Assembly (NCBI GenBank): GCA_900128585.1
Contig: LT642149.1
Location: 51,547 to 71,546 of the forward strand
Length of the DNA stretch: 20,000 bases
Reading direction: 5' to 3'
From: Stramenopiles sp. TOSAG23-3
Taxonomy: Eukaryota
Shown: positions 1 through 8,771 of the stretch, one piece after another
Layout of the letters: each line of letters opens with the position of its first letter
Position numbering within the stretch: the stretch's first letter is position 1
The notes under the pieces: model-generated
What the model saw: only the letters and a program-made list of their open reading frames with translations
Database searches by the model: none
What the model was told of the DNA's origin: nothing
Program-made: the position numbers and the translations under genes

Positions 1-491
1 TAATGCGACGGGCGTATTTGGTAGGTAGCGAGAGCAGCAAGAGCATGAAAGATGTCACCGTTGCTTGGAAAGTAGTAGAAGAAGCCGCGGAAAAATTCGC
101 GGCGAAGTCCGCAGCAGAGGACACGACGGCGTTGGGCGGGCCAGGTGCGCCGCTACACCCGTCGGAGAATACCAGCAACGTGCCGCTGAAGTCCTTAATG
201 AAGAAAACATCTCCAATAGCCATTTCCAAGAAACATCCAATGCCGCACAAACTATACCAAGAACCCTTGCTTCAGACGTTTACTCCGACGGGCCCGAAAA
301 AGCATTTGGGAAGGAAAAAAATGGGATCCCCGCCAATTTTGCCGCCTTTAGGAGGCATGGAAAAGGGGCCCGCCGCGAATCTAGCGACCTTTAATACTTT
401 TCCTGCCGAAAGAGAATCGTTTGGTCTCCACGACCGTCCCGTCAAATCTAAGAAAGGGGTTGTCTCGTCCTTTGCGGACATGGCAATTTAA
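1..491 (+). CDS. 3' end of a hypothetical protein (low-complexity, Pro/Lys/Ser-rich tail); probably truncated by the window edge
   Basis: Frame is open from the window start to TAG at 489-491, has coding-like GC and drops to AT-rich sequence soon after the stop. No recognisable domain. Confidence 0.6.
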   Translation, partial: MRRAYLVGSESSKSMKDVTVAWKVVEEAAEKFAAKSAAEDTTALGGPGAPLHPSENTSNVPLKSLMKKTSPIAISKKHPMPHKLYQEPLLQTFTPTGPKKHLGRKKMGSPPILPPLGGMEKGPAANLATFNTFPAERESFGLHDRPVKSKKGVVSSFADMAI

Positions 492-563
492 GAAGATGTT
501 ATAGACACGATTGTTTTTCTGAAACTACGAGGAGGTGCCACAAACATACCTAAACATTACTTC

Positions 564-713
564 GTAATTGAGATAAAATGAGAGTCTTATAAAGCATACT
601 ATATAAAAAAAATATATATATATTTATTATATATCATAGTATCTTATCATATGTTTTAAGTCAAAAAACAAATTATATAGTATGTTTTAAGACTCTCATT
701 TTAAATCAATTAC
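564..713. repeat. Imperfect ~42-bp inverted repeat with ~66-bp AT-rich spacer (MITE-like fold-back)
   Basis: Left arm 564-606 GTAATTGAgaTAAAATGAGAGTCTTataaagCATACTATATAA; reverse complement of right arm 673-713 GTAATTGAttTAAAATGAGAGTCTTaaaaCATACTATATAA. No clear target-site duplication. Confidence 0.8.
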
Positions 714-945
714 TATTTCAGTTTACACTATATAAATTTGTTTTTTTACCTAAGATTTACTACACGAATAAGAGATTTAAAGTAAACCTCTAATGGACAA
801 ATGCTGCGTAGATTCATTTTCGCGGTGTATATGAGGAAGCTAAATTTTAATTACTTAAAAAAACAGCCAATTTTTTGTTCTTAAGATTACATCTCATGCG
901 CGGACAAAAACTTTATGGTGCAAGTGCAGAGTGCGTTCTCGTACA

Positions 946-1797
946 TTATTGACCGCCTGCGACTTGTTTTTGCACCCGATCGTACATAACAATTGACCCC
1001 GCACAAGTGACGTTAAACGACTCGCTGCGCACCGAGGGGATGTTGATTATGTGCCGGCACGCTTGCTGGACAAGCATGGGAAGTCCGTTGTCCTCTGCAC
1101 CAAGAATGTAAATCGCCTTCCTAGGATGTTCAAACTGAACCAGGTCTTCCCCGTCCATTTCAATCCCACAGAAAACCCACCCCTCCTTCGCTTTCGATGC
1201 AAAATCATTGAAGTTTAAGTATTCAATGTACGGAACGCAGCCCGGGAGATCGCTTTGTTCCAACGGCTTCCGGTTTCTGTACCGTGGGTGTATGACAAAA
1301 ACGAAATCTGCCCCCAGCTGTGTCGCGACCTTTCTCAAATTTACAGTGTTGAACGCAGTTTTCCCTTGGAATATCCCAATGGCAAACGCAGGGGGTCCGC
1401 TGTTTTGTATTTCCATAAAACGAGAGTACACTCGGGAGAATTTTTGCACGGGGCGTTGGTATAGGTCGTCTATCATAATGTCTACCTGATACCCTTTGCT
1501 GCTCCCAAGGATAGTCTTCTGCTTCCTAGCCCAGACTTCAGACGTATCTTTTACGTATTCCCAACCACGGTATTCCGAGTTGTAAAATAAAATATCGTGG
1601 TAGCTCGGATCAAAAACTACGTGTTTCGCCAGCTCGGCCAACAGCTGCGAACCGTAGAAAGGTACAGGGAGGACTACCTGGACAAATTTACCCTTCGCTA
1701 TGTGGTTGCCGGTGAAAACTACTCTAAAGTCTACCTCGCGGGGGCCGGAGGCAGTGTCGCTGCCAACAATTGACGTTTCTGCTATTATCGTTGCCAT
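946..1797 (-). CDS. SpoU/TrmH-family (SPOUT) tRNA/rRNA 2'-O-methyltransferase-like protein with ~135-aa N-terminal extension
   Basis: SPOUT motifs: 'IGIFQGKTAFN...ATQLGADFVFVI', 'FEHPRKAIYILGAEDNGLP' (motif 2, GxExxGL) and 'INIPSVRSESFNVTCAGSIVMYDR' (motif 3, SLNV-like). Confidence 0.88.
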   Translation of the reverse strand: MATIIAETSIVGSDTASGPREVDFRVVFTGNHIAKGKFVQVVLPVPFYGSQLLAELAKHVVFDPSYHDILFYNSEYRGWEYVKDTSEVWARKQKTILGSSKGYQVDIMIDDLYQRPVQKFSRVYSRFMEIQNSGPPAFAIGIFQGKTAFNTVNLRKVATQLGADFVFVIHPRYRNRKPLEQSDLPGCVPYIEYLNFNDFASKAKEGWVFCGIEMDGEDLVQFEHPRKAIYILGAEDNGLPMLVQQACRHIINIPSVRSESFNVTCAGSIVMYDRVQKQVAGGQ

Positions 1798-1803
1798 GCT
1801 CGG

Positions 1804-1823
1804 TCTCTCTCTCTCTCTCTCTC
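1804..1823. repeat. (CT)n microsatellite immediately upstream of the SpoU start codon (GA repeat in the 5' leader)
   Basis: tctctctctctctctctctc starts 6 nt from the minus-strand ATG at 1797. Confidence 0.9.
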
Positions 1824-1979
1824 CAAACCACTCTCTGTGGTAATTAAGTTGTCTGGCGTATTAATCATATTGTTCAGATCTACCATTAAAATATGGTCTC
1901 AGGATGTAAATTAACAGTATGTATGTATTTATGGGGCGAAGTAGATAGAATTTAATACTAATTGTTTTTTTGTAAGTGT

Positions 1980-2182
1980 AAAAAAAAAAAAAAAAAAAAA
2001 GAAGAAGAAAAAAAGAAGAAAAAAGAAGAAGAAAAAAGAAAGAAGAAGAAGAAAGAAGAAGAAGAAGAAAGAAGAAGAGAAGGAGAAGAAGAAGAAGAGA
2101 AGAAGAGAAGAAAAGAAAAAAAGAAGAAAGAAAAAAAGAAGAAAGAAGAAGAGGAGGAGAGAAGAAAAAAAAAAGAAGAGAA
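1980..2182. repeat. Polypurine tract: poly(A) followed by degenerate (GAA)n
   Basis: About 200 consecutive A/G on the + strand with no pyrimidine. Confidence 0.95.
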
Positions 2183-2564
2183 TAATTATTAGTCGTCCTA
2201 TATCCTCCAATTGGATTATTAGAGATTTGATTCTTCTCCTTCATCGGTGATCGGTGGTGGTGATGGGGTTATAATAAATTAATAGAACGACTAATTGTAC
2301 GATATTAGATGTTGTGATACTGTAAAGCTTCTCCTCCCTATAAAAGTATAAATGAAACTACAATTTATCGCAGAAGGCAAAATTTCCATTCTTCTTCGGT
2401 CGTTATTTTAAGTTATTTATTATATTTAAGTATAGATATCTACTCGTATAATAGGACTCATTATTTTTAAATTAGCTAAAAACAACCATCCCTTGCTGTG
2501 TTTAGCTATTATATATGAGGTATACGAGGAGTAAAGTAATAAATAATACCCTCCCCCTCCATCC

Positions 2565-2745
2565 AAAGAAGAAGAGAAAGAAAAAAAGAAGAAGAAGAAG
2601 AAGAAGAAAGAAGAAAGAAGAAAAAAAGAAGAAGAAGAAGAAGAAGAAGAAGAAAGAAGAAAGAAGAAAGAAGAAAAAAAGAAAAAAAGAAGAAGAAGAA
2701 GAAGAAAGAAGAAAGAAGAAAGAAGAAGAAAGAAAAGAAGAAGAA
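2565..2745. repeat. Second polypurine degenerate (GAA)n tract
   Basis: About 180 consecutive A/G on the + strand, including pure GAA runs. Confidence 0.95.
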
Positions 2746-3198
2746 TAGAAATATAGAAACTATATGTAGTAATAGAAAAAATACAAAAAAAGGAAGGAAT
2801 AAAAAAACAAGCAATAATGTGTATTTTAAATGATGATAGAAGATATAATAATGTACAACAATATATAACCTAAAAATACAATACTAAAAAAAGGTATAAT
2901 AGACGACGACTACGTAATATTATTTATGTACTTGGTATTATAATAATAATAACAACAACAACTACTTTTTTTAAATGCCACAAATGCATTTTTTTCTGAT
3001 GAATGATAATTTTACGAACGATAGATATTTAAAAGTGAACGTGATATATTTTAATAAATACATAGACTAAGTAAACGTAGACGAATAAAGCAGCCAGACA
3101 GGGTTGTGGATCGATTCAATTTTTGTCTGAATAAATTATTTCTTGTCAACGCCGTTGTTTGCATACACCACCGAAGACCCTGCCCCCCTTCCCCCGCA

Positions 3199-4746
3199 AT
3201 GGCAAGCGTACAAGACACCCGTGAGGCCGTGGGCAGGACCAGTACCCGTCTCTCAGACCGTGAAGATCGTCATGCCGAGAATGAGCGCATTCTGAAGACA
3301 AAAATGACCAAACTGGTGTGCGCCTGGCTTGTGTGGCTACCAGCAATAGTCGCGATCCTGAGCCAGTTGCTGATTTCCTCTTGGCAGCACCCTATTTATA
3401 GAAACCCCGCGTTCGCTGGTGGCGACCTGTACGACCACCGGGCAGTTAACGTTCGTGTTCAGCCAGACCTATGGCAACGGAACCGGTTCGGTCGAAAATG
3501 CTTCAGCAAGGACGAGACAGACAAGTGCTCAGTATCATGGGGCACAATATTCTTCTTGAAGGGCACTAACTTGACCAAGTCAGAAAACTTCACTGCGGCG
3601 GAAGTGTTTGACCTGAAAAACGTCGCGTTTAGCTATGGTCAGTGGACTCCGCTGCGCCTCAGTTCGGGGCGCTACGAGGAGGAGGGCTTTGATTTGGTGC
3701 CACCGATCAGCTACCTACTGCTGTTCACGTCTATCGTAAGCTTGATCGGGAGCTGCACAATTATTGGCACCTTCTTCTACTATTCGAAACTAAAGAAGAA
3801 GTTTAGTCTGAGGCTCGTGTTCTACATGGCCTTTGCCGACTTGGGCTTTTCGATAAAGTTCTTAATGTCGTCGGGTATGATTTTGTCGCAAGACCTTAGG
3901 GTTATTAACAACGGCATTTACGGGAAGGCCGAAACAATTGAGCCGGCATGCATTGCATCCGGGTTGATGGGCCAGTTCTTTGGCCTGTCGACGATTTGCT
4001 GGAATTTCTCGATAGCCCTGAACCTGCTCTTTAGCATGTTGTATTCACGAAAATACGACAACTCAAGGAAGCAGCAGTTCCACATATTTGCTCACAGCTT
4101 CTCATGGGGGTTCCCGCTGCTTACTTGCCTTGTCGCGTACTTTATGAACAACGTGGTCATGACGTACGACGGCACGTGCTGGATGTACGGTAATTGGGTG
4201 TTTATGTTCTACGCTCCCCTGTTCATCTTCATCATCATCAACGTGTATGCGGTCAAAGTAGCACTAGTAAAGATCAGTCCGGGCATGTTCACCCGAAACT
4301 CTGTGACAGGGTCGTTCGTTATTTCTGCGAAGCAAGAGGCTAAAAATGTCGAGACGTGGATGAAGATATTCAATTACTGTTTGGCCTTTATATCAACCTG
4401 GATATGGGGAATGGTCCTTCGGTTAGGCACGTCCTTTCAATCGTGGAACGACCTCGGAGTCTTCGGAAGTTTCAATACCATGACAGACTACGCTACTGCC
4501 TCGCCGCCGCCTTGGTTAGTCTTTGCGTCGGCTTTCTTTTTGGGGGCCGGTGGTGCGATTAACGCATCCATATGGTTAGAGCCTCTCACTAGACAAGGGC
4601 GGCGACTTGTGCGACAAAAAATAAGGCGAGCGTCGCTTTCCATGGGCTTTCAAACTGCAAGAACTCGATTTAGCAAGCAATTTACGGCAAATTCTGCAAC
4701 CGTCATGCAGTCAAAGAAAACCCTAAACCCAATGAATACCCAATGA
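3199..4746 (+). CDS. G-protein-coupled receptor, cAMP-receptor-like/GCR1-like family, with an additional N-terminal TM segment and ectodomain
   Basis: Seven hydrophobic segments with CAR/GCR1-type signatures: 'SIVSLIGSCTII' (TM1), 'LRLVFYMAFADL' (TM2), 'C...GLMGQFFGLSTICWNFSIALNL' (TM3), 'H..SWGFPLL' (TM4), 'TCW' in ECL2, 'FYAPLF' (TM5), 'YCLAFISTW' (TM6), 'G.INASIW' (TM7), then a basic tail. The ORF-track start at 3106 is GTG; the first in-frame ATG is 3199. Confidence 0.85.
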   Translation: MASVQDTREAVGRTSTRLSDREDRHAENERILKTKMTKLVCAWLVWLPAIVAILSQLLISSWQHPIYRNPAFAGGDLYDHRAVNVRVQPDLWQRNRFGRKCFSKDETDKCSVSWGTIFFLKGTNLTKSENFTAAEVFDLKNVAFSYGQWTPLRLSSGRYEEEGFDLVPPISYLLLFTSIVSLIGSCTIIGTFFYYSKLKKKFSLRLVFYMAFADLGFSIKFLMSSGMILSQDLRVINNGIYGKAETIEPACIASGLMGQFFGLSTICWNFSIALNLLFSMLYSRKYDNSRKQQFHIFAHSFSWGFPLLTCLVAYFMNNVVMTYDGTCWMYGNWVFMFYAPLFIFIIINVYAVKVALVKISPGMFTRNSVTGSFVISAKQEAKNVETWMKIFNYCLAFISTWIWGMVLRLGTSFQSWNDLGVFGSFNTMTDYATASPPPWLVFASAFFLGAGGAINASIWLEPLTRQGRRLVRQKIRRASLSMGFQTARTRFSKQFTANSATVMQSKKTLNPMNTQ

Positions 4747-5338
4747 TCACCCAACAACAATTGTTGTCTCTTTGTTTGTGCGATATGATGAACGATAGGT
4801 AAAAAAAAAAGAAGGAGGAGGTAGAGAAGAAGAAGTCATTTAAATCCGACAGTTTTTAGAAATTACATCATAGGCAATGGGTACTTGTATTATCTCTTAG
4901 GGATATAAAAGCCTTACAATTGTAGTGTTGAATATTTTACAAGTATGTAAATAAGATAGGAAAATCTGTTCAACGATAAAAACAGGTAATAGCAGGCAAA
5001 ATAAGAAAATCGAAAAAATAATACTTTCTTTTTTTTTCCGACACTGTCGGCCAGGTGCTGCTATTATATCATAATAACACTAGTATTATATTCTTTTTTT
5101 CTTCTTCTTCTCAAAAAATAATAAATTGAAAAAAATATCTATCATCACCAACAACAACCTGTTTCATCCCCCCCCCCCCCACCCGTTTCTTGTCCAAGAC
5201 GCCTCAAACCGATTGATTGTAAATATCGGCGTATACTATCTCATCCACATTCGTGCAACGTGCAACTCTTAACAATTCGTACCACATGTCGTAGATTAAT
5301 GCTAGCAGCGCGGACTTACGTTTCGGCCACCTGAGGAG

Positions 5339-8317
5339 ATGGCGAGCAAAAAGCGGCGGCGGGTTTTGACTCCGTTTCACCAGGCTCTGCTACGTAGATA
5401 CGAGGCCTTTGAATCCGTATACGCATTCTTGAACCGGCGCCATGTGCTGACGACAGTATCAAATGTGTCAAAAACTATTCAGTCGGCTCTCCGTGTTCGA
5501 TTTGAACTGAGTGATCTGCTGGAGATGTGCGGGGTGTGCCCTGAGATTTTTCGTCTCCAGTGGGTCACAAAGACTGAACCGGGAGTGGAAGACTACCAAA
5601 CACACCCCGAAAACCAAACGCCCCCCCCGACCGTGCTGTTGCTTCAATTCCCGAAAATCACAAAAGCAAAGCGCATGTCAAAGTATAAGAACGCATTAAA
5701 GGAACTGGGAGACGAGCAGAGGCCCACTCCAATAGAGATACCCCTGAACCTAAGCATTCAGTCAGTGGACCCAAAGGAGAGTTTCAAAGAGCCAGTTTCG
5801 CCGGTTGGCACAGCCGAAATTCTCGCGTACCTAAAAAAAGATGCAAGCTTCTACAAAGACCAAATCGTTCATGTACATAAGACTCCGGCTAAGGAAGCGC
5901 GATTCGGCACGATTGCAGAAGAAGTTCATCCAGTGCTCGTAAAATCGTTGCACCAATTGGGCGTGTCTAGGTACTACGCCCATCAAGCGAAGGGCATTAA
6001 TGCCTTGATGGCCGGAGACCACGTGATCATTTCTACCGGAACATCGTCAGGCAAAAGTTTAGTCTACAATCTTCCCATCCTCCAAACGTTAATGTCTGAA
6101 CCATCTGCGTCTGCATTTTACCTTTTTCCAACAAAAGCGTTGGCACACGACCAGTTCAATGCGTTGCAAAAGCTTGTTGAAACGATTCGTTCTGAGGGAT
6201 CCACAGACGGATCGGAATGTCGGATGTTCGAGCCAGGAACTTTGCAGACACTGGATGGCGACACGGGCCATTCGGTCCGGCGCCACGTAATTGATCGTGC
6301 TAGAATCGTGCTTACCAATCCCGATATTTTACATTTTACAGTTTTGCCCCAGCATCATCGATATATGAGGCTGCTGAAGAACTGTCGCTACATTGTAATT
6401 GATGAGGCCCACTCGTATAGCGGAGCATTTGGGTGCCATGTATCTTGCGTCATACGGAGGCTGCTCCGAGTTTGTATGTTGTACGATTCCTTTCCTCAAT
6501 TTATATGCTGTTCTGCGACTATCGGTAACCCGAAAGAACATTTCGAAGCGTTAGTCCCCGTGCACATAGCCTACAGAGAGGGAAAGGGGTCAAAGAAACT
6601 TTGCGTCATCACTGGCAGTGACGACGGCTCACCACAGGGCGAGCGCCAATTCGTGTTTTGGAACCCACCTTATGCAGATGTTGGTCTCGACAAAAAACCG
6701 TCGGCAGAAAAGAGCAAACTCACTCGAAAATTACCTGGCAATTACCCAAATATGAGTCCCCGGGAGAAAAGAGACACCCGCTTGCGGCTACTTCGAGAGA
6801 TGCCAGAGCGTCGTAGTTCTATTTATGAAACTGCCAGGCTAATGACAATGCTTGTCAGGGCTCGCGTCCGGACACTTTCATTCGTAAAGGTAAGAAAGTT
6901 GACTGAGTTGGTAACAAAATACTGCAAAGAGTTACTTTCCGGCTCTTCTACACCCCAGCTTGTGAATCAAATTTGCTCGTACCGGGCGGGATACATGCCC
7001 GAAAAACGGCGCAATTTGGAACACAAAATTTTCAACGAAGAAATTCTAGGAATTGCCGCTACCAACGCATTGGAGCTTGGGATAAACATAGGCAGCTTAG
7101 ATGCTGTGCTTTTGTTGGGCTTTCCCGGTAGTGTTAGCAGCTTGTGGCAACAGTCTGGTAGGGCTGGACGATCCAATCGTGCGGCAATCATATTTTTTGT
7201 GGCGTTTGACTCTCCAATAGATCAGTTTTTTATGAAACACCCAGATAAATTAATCAGTCGTCCCGTCGAGAATGCAATTGTAGAAGCAAATAATGCATAT
7301 GTATTAAAGAATCATTTGTTGTGTGCTATCAAAGAAGTAGCGATGCTTGAAAATAGCGTGGATTTCAAGCTTTTCGGAGAGGAAAATTCAAAGAGGGTCC
7401 TTGGCGAACTGCTCACAAGTAGGTCTATTTCCAGAACGGTTCTGCCCAGGACAGAGGCTGGGGCGTGGATTATTCATCCTTCCATTGATCAACCTCAAAA
7501 GGCAGTAAACTTGAGGAGTATAGACAATCAGACTATAACCGTGATCCATGCTGAATCAAACGAGAAACTTGATAAAATAGAGTTTTTCCGGGCGTTTTTT
7601 GAGGTTCACCCAGGGGCGTGCTACCTGAACCAGGCACGCCAATTCATCATACAGAATCTTGATTTACAGCATTCTCTAGCAATTGCTTGCCCTTCGAACG
7701 TAAAGTACTACACATCAGTGCGGGATCACACGGACGTTGATGTGAATGATAAAATAAGGACTTTGATCGGCCCTTCGCACGCGGCCTATTACGGACGTGT
7801 GTCTGTGTCCACGAGTGTTTATGGATACCGAAAGCATTGGTTTTCCAACGGAGAAATATTTGAAACCGTCCCGTTAACCCTGCCCCCAATACAGTATTCC
7901 ACATTTGGAGTGTGGATTGATTTGCCGCCTAGTATAGTCAATGAGGTAGAAAAATTAGGGCACGACTTTCTGGGGAGCTTACACGGCGCGAACCATGCCT
8001 TGTTACACAGCATACCTCTTTGGGTATCGTCCGATCGGACCGACTGTGGAACGGAGTGCCCGAGCGTATACCAAGAACGCGCTAGACCTTTGCGGTTGGT
8101 TCTATTTGACCGGTGCCCAGGGGGAATTGGTATAAGTCGGAAGATAGGGAAGTGTTTGCTTCAACTCGTGCAAAGTGCCTACAGAATTGTATCGGGTTGC
8201 GACTGTGATTTTGGGTGTCCAAGTTGTGTTTGCGATACCCGTTGCCCCGAGTTGAACGACATTCTGGACAAAGCCGGTGCGATCAAACTCCTGTCGATAG
8301 TGGTAGATTTACTTTAA
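5339..8317 (+). CDS. HRQ1: Hrq1/RecQ4-like (MrfA/DUF1998 family) ATP-dependent DEAH-box DNA helicase
   Basis: Q motif 'YAHQ', Walker A 'TGTSSGKS', Ia 'FPTKALAHDQ', 'LTNPDILH', 'DEAH', 'SATIGNP', 'YRAGY', 'ATNALELGINIG', 'QQSGRAGR', and C-terminal DUF1998 'LFDRCPGGIG...CDCDFGCPSC' Zn site. Confidence 0.93.
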   Translation: MASKKRRRVLTPFHQALLRRYEAFESVYAFLNRRHVLTTVSNVSKTIQSALRVRFELSDLLEMCGVCPEIFRLQWVTKTEPGVEDYQTHPENQTPPPTVLLLQFPKITKAKRMSKYKNALKELGDEQRPTPIEIPLNLSIQSVDPKESFKEPVSPVGTAEILAYLKKDASFYKDQIVHVHKTPAKEARFGTIAEEVHPVLVKSLHQLGVSRYYAHQAKGINALMAGDHVIISTGTSSGKSLVYNLPILQTLMSEPSASAFYLFPTKALAHDQFNALQKLVETIRSEGSTDGSECRMFEPGTLQTLDGDTGHSVRRHVIDRARIVLTNPDILHFTVLPQHHRYMRLLKNCRYIVIDEAHSYSGAFGCHVSCVIRRLLRVCMLYDSFPQFICCSATIGNPKEHFEALVPVHIAYREGKGSKKLCVITGSDDGSPQGERQFVFWNPPYADVGLDKKPSAEKSKLTRKLPGNYPNMSPREKRDTRLRLLREMPERRSSIYETARLMTMLVRARVRTLSFVKVRKLTELVTKYCKELLSGSSTPQLVNQICSYRAGYMPEKRRNLEHKIFNEEILGIAATNALELGINIGSLDAVLLLGFPGSVSSLWQQSGRAGRSNRAAIIFFVAFDSPIDQFFMKHPDKLISRPVENAIVEANNAYVLKNHLLCAIKEVAMLENSVDFKLFGEENSKRVLGELLTSRSISRTVLPRTEAGAWIIHPSIDQPQKAVNLRSIDNQTITVIHAESNEKLDKIEFFRAFFEVHPGACYLNQARQFIIQNLDLQHSLAIACPSNVKYYTSVRDHTDVDVNDKIRTLIGPSHAAYYGRVSVSTSVYGYRKHWFSNGEIFETVPLTLPPIQYSTFGVWIDLPPSIVNEVEKLGHDFLGSLHGANHALLHSIPLWVSSDRTDCGTECPSVYQERARPLRLVLFDRCPGGIGISRKIGKCLLQLVQSAYRIVSGCDCDFGCPSCVCDTRCPELNDILDKAGAIKLLSIVVDLL

Positions 8318-8771
8318 CAACAATTCTTCCTTTGCATTTTTTTAATTTTTATAACCCTAACCTTATAATGATTAGTGTACAGGAACACAGCATCATATAA
8401 AATAAATTAGCATTTCTCTTCGTTATTATTAAAATGAAGGAAATATATTTCGACACAAACTAACAACAAAAAATAAATTTTGGTAAAACTGAAGTATGTT
8501 TACATATAATAGCACTACAGAAACAATAAAGGCACCAACAACAATTGTTCTTTTGCAATTCTTTTCCTTTTTTCTTTTGTATTTACAATGAGTATTTTAT
8601 ATGGACACAGGATACCTTTAAAAATATTTACATTTCTGTTCGCTGTAAATCTGAATAAAATATACAAAAAATAACAAAATACCACACTTTCTTTAAAAAA
8701 TAGAAAAGACGACCGTCGTCGTTTTTCTTCAAGTAAAATGCCATACTGTCCAGATGTTTAATAAAGTGTTC

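Noticed and set aside
1861..2814. Lys/Glu-rich and Phe/Leu/Ser-rich ORFs of 76-127 aa
   Set aside because: Artefacts of stop-free GAA/TTC repeat tracts.
3106..3198. GTG-initiated N-terminal extension of the GPCR
   Set aside because: Eukaryotic gene; first in-frame ATG is 3199 and the upstream part looks like 5'UTR.
4718..4730. AAACCCTAAACCC telomere-like motif
   Set aside because: Inside the GPCR coding sequence (K-T-L-N-P); probably coincidental.
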